Assembly: GCA_963817245.1 (NCBI GenBank)
Contig: CAWFNQ010000001.1
Span: 157,231-221,230, forward strand
DNA length: 64,000 bases
Direction of reading: 5' to 3'
Origin: an uncultured Chloroflexia bacterium
GTDB lineage: Bacteria; Chloroflexota; Limnocylindria; Limnocylindrales; CSP1-4
Shown piece after piece: positions 47,817-57,898 of this stretch; the stretch's first letter is position 1; each line of letters opens with the position of its first letter. Below the pieces are notes generated by a model. That model was given only the letters and a program-made list of their open reading frames with translations, searched no databases and was not told the origin of the DNA. A program made the position numbers and the translations under genes.

Positions 47817-47846
47817 ATGCTACGGGTCGACGGCCCGGAGCGTCAA
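47817..47846 (-). promoter_or_regulatory. Sigma-70-type promoter candidate for the riboswitch transcript
   Basis: TTGACG (47846-47841) - 18 nt - TAGCAT (47822-47817). The -10 hexamer ends 18 nt before the aptamer P1. Confidence 0.55.
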
Positions 47847-47898
47847 GGCAGGGACCCCAGATGCAACGAACCGGGAGGGCGAACCTGCGCGGGGCAAA

Positions 47899-47933
47899 GA
47901 GAGAGCGCCGCGGGTGGTCCGCGACGCTCTCTC
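47899..47933 (-). terminator. Intrinsic terminator candidate after the secreted-protein gene
   Basis: GAGAGAGCG(C)CGCGG - loop - CCGCG(A)CGCTCTCTC. On the minus strand the stem is followed by CUCUUUG. Confidence 0.5.
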
Positions 47934-47950
47934 GGAAGCGAGGGTGGGGA

Positions 47951-48367
47951 TCAGCCCGGGGGGCTGTCGTTCCCGCCGGGAGGCGGGTCGCCGCTCGGCG
48001 GATCCGCCGGCGGAGGACAGAAACGGTTGAACGACTGGACGTGCAGCTGCAGGACGCCGCGGCGCCACGAGGTCCAGACCATGACCCGGGTGCTGGTCCC
48101 ACGGAAGTGGACGCGGAACCCGTGCCATGCCCAGCGCACGCGGGCCTGGCCGCCGGACGCGCTGTCGAAGACGGCACGGCCACGGTCGGTGACGTGGAAG
48201 TCGACGCTGACCGGGGTGCCGGCGCAGGTCACGCCCGTCCAGGTATGGGGACCCGCGACCTCGGGCGGGATGAACCGGGCCGCGGCGACGCTCGCGGGGA
48301 AGGCCACCGCGATCGCGAGCACCGCCAACCCGAGGATGAGCGAGAGCCGTCGTTTGCCTTGGTGCAT
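47951..48367 (-). CDS. Secreted protein of unknown function (138 aa), Pro/Gly-rich C-terminal tail
   Basis: GGAGG lies 5 nt upstream of the ATG. Signal peptide MHQGKRRLSLILGLAVLAIAVAFPASVAAA. No family recognised. Confidence 0.55.
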   Translation of the reverse strand: MHQGKRRLSLILGLAVLAIAVAFPASVAAARFIPPEVAGPHTWTGVTCAGTPVSVDFHVTDRGRAVFDSASGGQARVRWAWHGFRVHFRGTSTRVMVWTSWRRGVLQLHVQSFNRFCPPPADPPSGDPPPGGNDSPPG

Positions 48368-48782
48368 CTCTACCTCCGTGGAACGCCGCGCTCGACGTGG
48401 TGCGGAGCCGATCGTTATGCGCGCGGTCTGCCCGGTGAGCCGGGCGTCGGAGTCCGACCTCGCGTGCCGACGACGCTAGACCCGACCGCGAGCGACGGAG
48501 CGCGCCGGAGGTCCCGATGGACGGGGCTCGATGGTCCCGTTCGTGGCGTGCGCGCACCCATCCGGGGCGCGGACGCACCGAAGGGCTCGAAACGGGCTCC
48601 CGACGACGCCTGTGGCGGCCGTGCACCGCCACCATCCCGCAACCGGGGCGACACCCGTCCGCAACGTGGTAGAGTCGCCGGAACGCGACTGTGGAAGCCG
48701 ACTCCCGCTCGCCTCGGTGAGCGTCACGCGCGGCCGGTCGATCCGTACCGTGATCGCCCGTGCCAAGGAGTCCGACCCTTCG

Positions 48783-50411
48783 ATGGTCACCCATGGTTCC
48801 GCCACCACCCGTCCCGACCTCGGCCGGACCGTGCGCGCCAACGTCTCGCGTGCCGAGCTCGTCGAGGACGCGATCCGCCACGGCGAGGGCCTGATCGCCG
48901 CCGAGGGGCCGCTCGTCGTCCGGACCGGGCGGCACACCGGTCGTTCGCCCGAGGACAAGTTCATCGTCGACGAGCCGTCGAGCCGCGACCACATCTGGTG
49001 GGGCCCGGTGAACCGGCCGATCAGCGAGGCGCACTACGACCGGCTGCGCGCCCGGCTCGTCGCCTACTGCGCGGACCGCGACCTCTATGCCCAGGACTGC
49101 TTCATCGGCGCCCATCCGGGCCATCGACGCTCGCTCCGCGTCTACACCGAGACCGCCTGGGCCAGCGTGTTCGCGCGCAACCTGTTCCGCCGGCCGAGCG
49201 CCGAGGACCTCGCGACGTTCAGTCCCAACTTCACGATCATCTGCATCCCGTCGTTCAAGGCCGACCCGGCGACCGAGGGGACGCGCACCGAGACCGCGAT
49301 CCTCGTCCACCTCAAGCGGATGGAGGTCATCATCGTCGGGACCGAGTACGCCGGCGAGATCAAGAAGAGCGCCTTCACCGTCATGAACGACCTGCTGCCC
49401 GACGAGGGCGTGCTGCCGATGCACTCGGCGGTCAATGTCGGCGAGGCGGGTGACTCGGTGGTCTTCTTCGGGCTGTCGGGGACCGGCAAGACCACCCTGT
49501 CGGCCGACCCGAAGCGGCGGCTCATCGGCGACGACGAGCACGGCTGGGGCCACGACGGCGTCTTCAACTTCGAAGGCGGCTGCTACGCGAAGACCATCCG
49601 CCTCTCACCGATGTACGAGCCCGACATCTTCCAGACCACGCGCCGGTTCGGGACGGTCCTCGAGAACGTCGACCTCGACCCGCGCACGCGCGAATTGGAC
49701 CTCTCCTCGGAGCGCTTCACGGAGAACACCCGGGGGGCGTACCCGCTCGAGTTCATCGGCAACGCCGATCCGACCGGCATGGCCGGGCAGCCCCGCAACG
49801 TCGTGTTCCTGACGGCCGACGCCTTCGGCGTGCTGCCGCCGATCTCGCGCCTGACCCACGAGCAGGCCGCGTACCACTTCATCAGCGGGTACACGGCCAA
49901 GCTCGCCGGGACCGAGGTCGGGATCCAGGAGCCGAAGGCGACCTTCTCGGCCTGCTTCGGGGCGCCGTTCATGCCGCGCCATCCCGGCGAGTACGCGGCG
50001 ATGCTCGTCGAGCGCCTCGAGCGCTGGCACGTCCCGGTCTGGCTCGTGAACACCGGGTGGACGGGCGGCCCGTACGGGACCGGCGAGCGGATGAACATCG
50101 CCCACACCCGCTCGATGGTCCGGGCGGCGCTCGAGGGTCGCCTCGGGGACGTCCCGACGAGGATCGACCCGATCTTCGGCGTCAAGGTCCCGACCGCCTG
50201 CCCCGACGTGCCGGCATCCTTCCTCGACCCGCGCACGACCTGGGCGGACCCGGCCGCGTACGACGCCGCGGCCGCACGCCTGGCACGGATGTTCGCTGAC
50301 AACTTCGCCGCCTATGCGGACGGGGTGGCCCCGGCCGTGCGTGCTGCTGGTCCGCGGGTCCCCGACGGGACGCCGTCGAGCGGCGCTAGGCCGGATCCGG
50401 GCGCGGGCTGA
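48783..50411 (+). CDS. pckA: Phosphoenolpyruvate carboxykinase (ATP)
   Basis: TGRHTGRSPEDKFIV...IVGTEYAGEIKKS.F...FFGLSGTGKTTLSADP.R.LIGDDEHGW...GVFNFEGGCYAK...NTRGAYP...TGWTGGPYG.G.R. AAGGAG lies upstream of the ATG at 48783. Confidence 0.9.
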   Translation: MVTHGSATTRPDLGRTVRANVSRAELVEDAIRHGEGLIAAEGPLVVRTGRHTGRSPEDKFIVDEPSSRDHIWWGPVNRPISEAHYDRLRARLVAYCADRDLYAQDCFIGAHPGHRRSLRVYTETAWASVFARNLFRRPSAEDLATFSPNFTIICIPSFKADPATEGTRTETAILVHLKRMEVIIVGTEYAGEIKKSAFTVMNDLLPDEGVLPMHSAVNVGEAGDSVVFFGLSGTGKTTLSADPKRRLIGDDEHGWGHDGVFNFEGGCYAKTIRLSPMYEPDIFQTTRRFGTVLENVDLDPRTRELDLSSERFTENTRGAYPLEFIGNADPTGMAGQPRNVVFLTADAFGVLPPISRLTHEQAAYHFISGYTAKLAGTEVGIQEPKATFSACFGAPFMPRHPGEYAAMLVERLERWHVPVWLVNTGWTGGPYGTGERMNIAHTRSMVRAALEGRLGDVPTRIDPIFGVKVPTACPDVPASFLDPRTTWADPAAYDAAAARLARMFADNFAAYADGVAPAVRAAGPRVPDGTPSSGARPDPGAG

Positions 50412-50559
50412 TCAGCGCGGCGCGCAGGCCACCGGCGGCGCGCGACTCAGCGGCACTCGAGAGCGTCGCGACGACCAGTCCGATCATGGCCAGGGCGCCG
50501 AGGACGATGACGGCCGGGACGACCAGCACGACGAGCCCGAAGAGGGCGAGCCCCATCAT
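50386..50559 (-). CDS. 57-aa hydrophobic peptide (second of a tandem pair)
   Basis: MMGLALFGLVVLVVPAVIVLGALAMIGLVVATLSSAAESRAAGGLRAALISPRPDPA. Its ATG overlaps the stop of the upstream peptide ORF (ATGA). The long ORF 50386..52269 is otherwise rejected as antisense of mdh. Confidence 0.4.
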   Translation of the reverse strand: MMGLALFGLVVLVVPAVIVLGALAMIGLVVATLSSAAESRAAGGLRAALISPRPDPA

Positions 50560-50714
50560 GCGACGGCCGCATCGCCGGCGCCGACCGCCCGGCCGAGACG
50601 CCGATACGCGACGACGACGAGGATGATCCCGAGCACGAGCGGGGCGATCATCAGCCCGAGCGGGATGGCGAAGAGGACGAGCAGGATCCCGAGGAAGGCC
50701 AGGGTGCCGGTCAT
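50556..50714 (-). CDS. 52-aa hydrophobic peptide (first of a tandem pair); below the ORF-track length cut-off, found by hand translation
   Basis: GGAG lies 9 nt upstream of the ATG at 50714. Sequence: MTGTLAFLGILLVLFAIPLGLMIAPLVLGIILVVVAYRRLGRAVGAGDAAVA. Confidence 0.4.
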   Translation of the reverse strand: MTGTLAFLGILLVLFAIPLGLMIAPLVLGIILVVVAYRRLGRAVGAGDAAVA

Positions 50715-50847
50715 CGATGGACTCCGATGCGAGGGAGGAGGTCATCAGCCTCGTCCTGGCGGCGTGCGCGGGCCATCGTCGAGCGTCCATGCGCCGGCCC
50801 GGCATCCGTCCGGAGCCGCCGCCGCGACGGCCGGGCGGTCGCGCTAG

Positions 50848-51855
<1,008 letters not shown>

Positions 51856-52090
51856 TGGCCCCCGGTGCGTCCTGGCACCGCTCGCGTTTCCGCGTTGACC
51901 CGGCCGCGCGGCGCGGAGTACCTTGACGCCGCGTCCGGTGGGGATCGGGAGGCCCGACCGGTCGAATCGATCCGTCGATGCGTCGTCCATTCCCTCGCCG
52001 CTGCACCCGTCACGTGCCCCGCGGATGAGGTCCTGGCCGCCCGTTCGACGATAAGGTGGGAGTGACAGGCATCGCCTGAAGGGGAGGTTC

Positions 52091-55000
52091 ATGAACCGCC
52101 GCATCCTGGTCGCGACCGCGGCCATCGTCGTGCTCCTCTTCGGGCTCCTGCCCGGTCTGGCCGTGGGTCGGTCGCCCAACGTGCCGGCGCGGCAGCTCCC
52201 TGACTCGATCAAGGCGCTCAAGCTCGCCAAGCCGGCCACCGACAAGACGCTGACGAGCAAGATCCACAAGAGCCTCGCGGCGGCGACCGGCCGCCAGAAG
52301 GTCTACGTCCGCCTCAAGGCCGCCCCGTCGACGACGCTCGCCGCCGCCGGAGCCGGCGCGGAGCGGGCTCAGGGCCAGCGCGTCCGCGATCAGCAGCGAT
52401 CGTTCATCGCGAGCGTCCGCCGGCTCGACGCGAAGGTCCGGATCCTGGGCCAGACGCATCTCGCGACGAACATCGTCGCGATGCAGGTCGACGCGCGCCA
52501 GCTCAAGGCGATCGCGCGCAACCCGAACGTCATCTCGATCCGGCCCGTCGTGAACTACCAGAAGGCCCTCTCCGAGACCGTGCCGTACATCGGCGCGACG
52601 GCGGTGCACAACAAGGGCTTCGACGGCAAGGGCATCCGCGTCGGCGTCATCGACAGCGGCATCGACTACACCCACGTCGAATTCGGCGGGGCCGGCACGG
52701 CCGCGGCCTACGAGGCGGCCTACGGCACCACGAACGACGACCCCCGCAACACGACGCTCGACGGGCTGTTCCCGACCGCTCGCGTGGTGGGCGGGTTCGA
52801 CTTCGTCGGTGAGAGCTGGCCCGGCGACGACGGCATCGAGGATCCCGACCCCGATCCGATCGACTTCGAGGGTCACGGGACCCACGTGGCCGACATCATC
52901 GGCGGCACGCACGGCGTGGCCCCGAAGGCGCAGCTGTTCGCGCTCAAGGTCTGCTCCTCGGTCGACACCGCCTGTTCCGGGGTCGGCCTGATGGGCGCCA
53001 TGGACTGGGCCCTCGATCCCAACGGCGACGGCAGCAGCGCCGACCATCTCGACGTCCTGAACATGTCGCTCGGCGCCGACTACGGCGAGGCGTTCGATGA
53101 GGACCTGTCGCTGGCCATCGACACGGCCTCCCGACTGGGCGTCCTGACCGTCGCCGCGGCCGGGAATGGCGGCGATCTGCCGTACATCGCGGGCACGCCG
53201 GCCAATGCCAAGACCGCGCTCGCGGTGGCCGAGACCCAGGTGCCCAGCGCGGTCGCCTATCCGCTGATCGTGAGCGCCCCGCCCTCGATCGCGGGCACGT
53301 ACCCGAACACCGAGGTCCTCGACTGGTCCGGCTTCACGACCGGCTTCTCGGGCAACGTCACCTATGTCGGGCAGGGCTGTCCGGCGGATTCCATCGAGCC
53401 CGGCAGCCCCGAGGATCCGTACCTCGCCGACCCGGCCGGCACGGTCGCCCTGATCGACCGCGGCGCCTGCGCCGTGAGCCTCAAGGTCGAGCGCGCCGCC
53501 CAGGCCGGGGCGACGGCGGTGATCATCGGGCTCATCGCCCCCGGCGACGCGTATCCCTTCTCGAACGGCGGCGGCACGACCTTCGTGCCCGCCATCTCGA
53601 TCCAGCAGAGCCTCAGCGAAGCCATCAAGGGCGCCCTCGCCACCGACACCGTGACGGTGTCGATCGGCTCGACATCGATCGCGCTCCGCGGCAGCATGGC
53701 CAGTACCTCGTCTCGCGGGCCGTCCTCGCCGTACAACGAGATCAAGCCCGAGATCGGCGCCCCGGGCGCCTCGGTGTCGGCGGTCGCCGGCTCCGGTACG
53801 GGCATGGCGGCGTTCGGCGGGACCTCCGGCGCCACCCCGATGGTCACCGGGTCGATGGCCCTGCTCATGCAGGCCTTCCCATCGCGGACCATCAACGAGC
53901 TCAAGGCGCTCATCGTCAACAACGGTGAGACGCAGATCTTCAACAACCGCAAGACCGAGCCGGGCCGGCTCGCCCCGATCACCCGGATCGGCGGCGGCGA
54001 GGTCCGCGTCGACCGCGCCGTCGCCTCTACGGCGGCGGCATGGGACGATTCCACGAAGCGCGCCACGCTCTCGTTCGGGTTCCTCGACGCGACCAGTCGG
54101 ATCACGACGATCGACAAGACCGTCGTGGTCCACAACTACAGCAGCCGGACCCGGACGTGGAAGATCAGCTCGACGTTCCGTTTCAGCGACGATCGGACGA
54201 ACGCCGCGATCGGCGTCTCCACGCCATCCTCGATCACCGTGCCGAGCCACGCGTCGCGGACGTTCCGCGTGCGCATGGTCGTCCACGGGTCGAGGCTGCG
54301 GGCGTGGCAGCTCGACGCCGGCCTGCACGCCACCGACGCCGCGATGCTGAGCAAGCTCGAGTACGACGGCTACATCTGGCTCGACGACACGTCCACGACG
54401 ACCGACAACGCGAAGCGGATGCACCTCCCGTGGCAGATCCTGCCGCGCAAGTCCGCGTCCATCTCGGCGCCGGTCTCGGTGGCCGAGGGCGACACCGTCG
54501 CGGTGACCAACGCCGGCATCGGCCTGGGCACCGTCGACAGCTACTCGCTCGTCGCGCGCAGCCCGCAGCCTGCCGGTGGCCCGCCGCGGGACGAACACGC
54601 CGATCATCGATCTCAAGTCGGTGGGGGTGCAGACGTTCCCGGTGCCGGCCGGCTTCTGCTCGGCGGACGACTCCTTCGTCTACGTCATCGCCATCAACAC
54701 CTGGGCGCGGCACAGCACCATCGGGGCCTTCCCCCAGGAGTTCGACGTCCTGCTCGACACGAACCAGGACGGCACGCCCGACTTCGTCTTGTTCACCGCG
54801 CCGGTCAGCGGCGCCGACGCGACCTGGCTCGTCTACTCGTTCGACCTCAACGACCCCAACGCCGTGCCGACCGCGTTCTTCTACGCCGACAACGGCACCA
54901 ACGACGCCAACGCCCTCCTCACGATCTGCGGCGAGCAGATCGGGATGAACGCCACGAACTTCTTCCAGCCGATGGACATGTCGATCGGTGCCTACGACGA

Positions 55001-55277
55001 CTTCTTCACCGGGAACCTGACCGACAGCATCGACGGGATCACCGTCGCCCCGCTCGGCGAGCACTGGCTCGGCCTGTTCGACCCCGACTTCCTCACCAGC
55101 GGCGACGTCCCCGCGGGCGGTTCGCTGCCGATGACGGTCGTCGATGCCGGACCGGACTTCGTCAACCCGACGGAGATCGGGCTGCTCCTCGTCAACAACG
55201 CCTACCGCTTCGACACCGACATGCACGGTGGCGCCGCCGCCGGCAAGGAAGCGCGCAAGATCCTGGTCACGCCCTGA
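52091..55277 (+). pseudogene. Secreted S8 family (subtilisin-like) serine peptidase with inserted PA domain and large C-terminal extension; one frameshift near 54575
   Basis: Signal peptide MNRRILVATAAIVVLLFGLLPGLAVG. Catalytic triad contexts GVIDSGIDYTH, GHGTHVADIIGG and GGTSGATPMVTGSMALL. PA-like insert ...GTVALIDRGACAVSLKVERAAQAGATAVII.... The last ~230 aa are in the next frame. Confidence 0.85.
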
Positions 55278-55284
55278 GGTTCGG

Positions 55285-55321
55285 ATCCCGGTGGCGCCCG
55301 GTCGACGGGCGCTGCCGGGAT
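55285..55321. terminator. Imperfect hairpin between convergent genes
   Basis: ATCCCGGTGGCGCCCG - GTCGA - CGGGCGCTGCCGGGAT (7+7 bp with a 2-nt internal mismatch), between the stops at 55277 (+) and 55321 (-). Confidence 0.4.
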
Positions 55322-55791
55322 CAGCCGCTCGAGGCCGGCTTGAGGCCCTCGCACAGCCGGATCACGGCGCCCTCGCCGGCGACCCGGTAGTCGTAGGTCG
55401 TGCCGTCGAGTTCCAGGACCACCTGGTAGCCCGGCTGGACCATCTGCGTGTACATCATCCCGGGCTGGGGACAGCCGAGCGACCCGTCCGGCCAGGTCAC
55501 CGCCTCGGCCTTGACGACCGTGGCCGTCGAGGCATCCTTGCCGGTCTTTGCGCTCAGGTCCGCCTGGACCGCCGTCATCACCGCGGCCGGGACCTCACCC
55601 GTGACGGGCGCATTCGTCGGGTTGATGCTCGGGCGTGGCCCGATCGACGTCCCCGGCCGTTCCGATGGGGCCGCGCTCTCCGGCGTCGGTGCCCCCGGAC
55701 CGGCCGCGGAGCATCCCGCGGCGACGAGCGCGAGCGCCAGGCCGATGAGGGCGACTCCCGGTCCGCGGCTCGCCATCGGATGTCGTGCCAT
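55321..55791 (-). CDS. Putative lipoprotein of unknown function
   Basis: Signal/lipobox GVALIGLALALVAAGC, then a Pro/Ser-rich linker, then a small two-Cys domain ...VTWPDGSLGCPQPGMMYTQMVQPGYQVVLELDGTTYDYRV...IRLCEGL. Confidence 0.6.
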   Translation of the reverse strand: MARHPMASRGPGVALIGLALALVAAGCSAAGPGAPTPESAAPSERPGTSIGPRPSINPTNAPVTGEVPAAVMTAVQADLSAKTGKDASTATVVKAEAVTWPDGSLGCPQPGMMYTQMVQPGYQVVLELDGTTYDYRVAGEGAVIRLCEGLKPASSG

Positions 55792-55839
55792 GCGTGCATC
55801 GTAGCCCGGATTCGGCGAGGACCCCGGCGCGGACCGGCC

Positions 55840-56655
55840 CTACGAGCCGACCACGACGAGGGTCGGGCGGTGCTTGCCCTCGGCGAGGTCGGCCTGCTCG
55901 AGCGAGCGCCGGACGACATGGCGCATCGCGAGCCGGTACGCCGCGTCCGTCTCGGGGAGCGGCGGCTCGCCGAGCTCGCGAGCCAGCACGGCCTGGAGGC
56001 GCCGGTACTGGCGGACGACCTGCGAGCGTGAACCGATCAGCCCGTACACGACGATGAGGATCGCGTGCGCCTCTTCCCGCAGCGGGTCGCGGGCGATCAC
56101 CGCTTCGGCGGCCCGCCGGGCACCAGCCAGGTCGCCGGCCGTCAGCCGCCGGTGCGCCACGGTCACGAGGGCGTCCTCATAGCGGTCGGCCAGCCGCTCG
56201 CGCTCGGCGGCGAAGCAGTCGTGGCCGAGCGACTCGACGAGGTCGCCGCGGTAGAGGTCGATGGCACCTTCGGGCCCACAGGTCCGATCGTCGAGACAGC
56301 GCTCGAAGGCGACCACGTCGACGTCGAGGCGGCTACCGGGATGGATGCCGATCGACTCCGGACGGACGTCGAGGATCGAATCGGGTGCCACGCCCGCCTG
56401 CTGCAGGCCGTGACGCACGAGCCAGAGGGCCTGCCGGAGCGAGCCGGCCGAGGTCGCGTCCGCCTCCGGCCAGAGGTCCGCCGCGATGGCCTCACGGGAT
56501 CGCGGTCGTCGTGACAGGACGAGCAGGGCGAAGAGCGCAGGTGCGTGACGGCCGCCGAGCTGGACGACCTGACCACGGCCGGTGCGCACATCGAGGGCGC
56601 CGAGGAGCCGAACCCGAAGGGTCGCGCGCCGGGCGGTCGCTTCGTGGATCGGCAT
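55840..56655 (-). CDS. SARP family transcriptional regulator (OmpR-type winged helix + BTAD)
   Basis: LRVRLLGALDVRTGRGQVVQLGGRHAPALFALLVLSRRPRSREAIAADLWP...FERCLDD...AIDLYRGDLVESL...ERERLADRYEDALVTVAHRRLTAGDLAGARRAAEAVIARDPLREEAHAILIVVYGLIGSRSQVVRQYRRLQAVLARELG.EP. Confidence 0.85.
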   Translation of the reverse strand: MPIHEATARRATLRVRLLGALDVRTGRGQVVQLGGRHAPALFALLVLSRRPRSREAIAADLWPEADATSAGSLRQALWLVRHGLQQAGVAPDSILDVRPESIGIHPGSRLDVDVVAFERCLDDRTCGPEGAIDLYRGDLVESLGHDCFAAERERLADRYEDALVTVAHRRLTAGDLAGARRAAEAVIARDPLREEAHAILIVVYGLIGSRSQVVRQYRRLQAVLARELGEPPLPETDAAYRLAMRHVVRRSLEQADLAEGKHRPTLVVVGS

Positions 56656-56904
56656 CGTTCGCGTCCCAGGCCCCTCGTGCCCCGACGCCCGGCCTGTCCC
56701 CTCGGCGGCCGGACATCGGGATCGGGACGGCAGGTCCCCCAAGACCGCCGTCCCGGTCCGTCCCCCCTGCTGGTGGTAGCGCCCCCGTGCCCCCACCGGC
56801 TCGGGGCGATGATGGTCCGCTGGCCGACGGCGCGACGACCCGCTGCGTGACAGCCGGGGTGTCGGCCAGCCGACACCTCGGCCTTCGATACACTGACCGG
56901 CACC

Positions 56905-57825
56905 GTGCCGATCGCCGTCATCGCGTTCGACTTCGACCCGCTGCTCCACCTTGCCGAGGGCCTGGTCGTGCGCTGGCAGACCGTGGCGCTCGCGGTGGTC
57001 ATCGCGGCCGCCCTGATCGCGGCCGGCTGGACGGCCCGTCGGGTCGACCTACGGCCGGACGACCTGCTGATCATCACGGTCGGCGTCGTGCCGGGCGCCG
57101 TGATCGGCGGGCGGATCGGCTTCGTCCTCCTCCATCCCGACTACTACGGTTCGCGGCTCGGGGAGCTCGTCGACCCGTCCGTCGGAGGGCTCGAGCTGGG
57201 CCTGGCGGTGGTCGGGGGACTGCTCACGGGCGGCCTCGTCGCGGGCTTGCTCGGGGCACCCGTCGGACGCTGGATGCACCTCGCGACGCTGCCCGTCCTG
57301 TTCGTCCTTGGCGCGGGCAAGCTCACGATGGCCCTCGGCGGCGCCGGCCAGGGCCAGCCGAGCGATGCGGAATGGGCGACGGCGTACCTCGGTCCGGGAC
57401 CGTGGGGCTCACTGGCCCCGGCGCTCCCGTCGATCCCGTCGCAGATCCTCGAGGGCAGCCTGACCCTGTCCATCGCCGTCGCGTTCGGGCTGCTGCTGAT
57501 CGTCGGCGCCTTCCGGTCGCGCGATGGCCGCGTCCTGCTGCTCGCGCTGGCGGTGTGGGCGATCGGGCGGGCCGTGGTCGCCGTGACCTGGCGGGACCCG
57601 GCCGTCGTCGGCCAGCTCCCCATGGGATCCGTCATCGCGCTCGCGATCGCCGTCGGCTGCCTCGTGGCCGTCGTCGTGCTGACCGTGCGCCGGCGCCGTT
57701 CGGTCGACACCGGCGGCGGTTCGTCACCCGCATCGGATGCCGCGGCGACGACGATCGTCTCGCGCACCGACCCGCCCCAGACCGATCCTCGCTGGTCGGA
57801 CCCGGGTGAACGCCCGCGGTTCTGA
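56905..57825 (+). CDS. Prolipoprotein diacylglyceryl transferase family protein (divergent second paralog)
   Basis: VRWQTVALAVVIAAALI...VPGAVIGGRIGFVLLH...GLELGLAVVGG...IPSQILEGSLTL...LAVWAIGRAVVAVTWRD follows the Lgt helix and motif order but is much more divergent than 26259..27260. GTG start without an obvious RBS. Confidence 0.6.
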   Translation: MPIAVIAFDFDPLLHLAEGLVVRWQTVALAVVIAAALIAAGWTARRVDLRPDDLLIITVGVVPGAVIGGRIGFVLLHPDYYGSRLGELVDPSVGGLELGLAVVGGLLTGGLVAGLLGAPVGRWMHLATLPVLFVLGAGKLTMALGGAGQGQPSDAEWATAYLGPGPWGSLAPALPSIPSQILEGSLTLSIAVAFGLLLIVGAFRSRDGRVLLLALAVWAIGRAVVAVTWRDPAVVGQLPMGSVIALAIAVGCLVAVVVLTVRRRRSVDTGGGSSPASDAAATTIVSRTDPPQTDPRWSDPGERPRF

Positions 57826-57898
57826 GGGCGGGACGGCGACCGATGGCGCCGCGGCGACGGAGTATCGTGACTGTCGGAGCCACACAGGGAACGAGGTC

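Noticed and set aside
52010-54616. 868-aa ORF on the minus strand, one of the longest in the track
   Set aside because: It lies exactly antisense to the well-conserved S8 peptidase gene. Its product is dominated by Arg/Gly/Asp/Pro/Ala with no recognisable motif. This is the typical stop-free antisense frame of GC-rich coding DNA.
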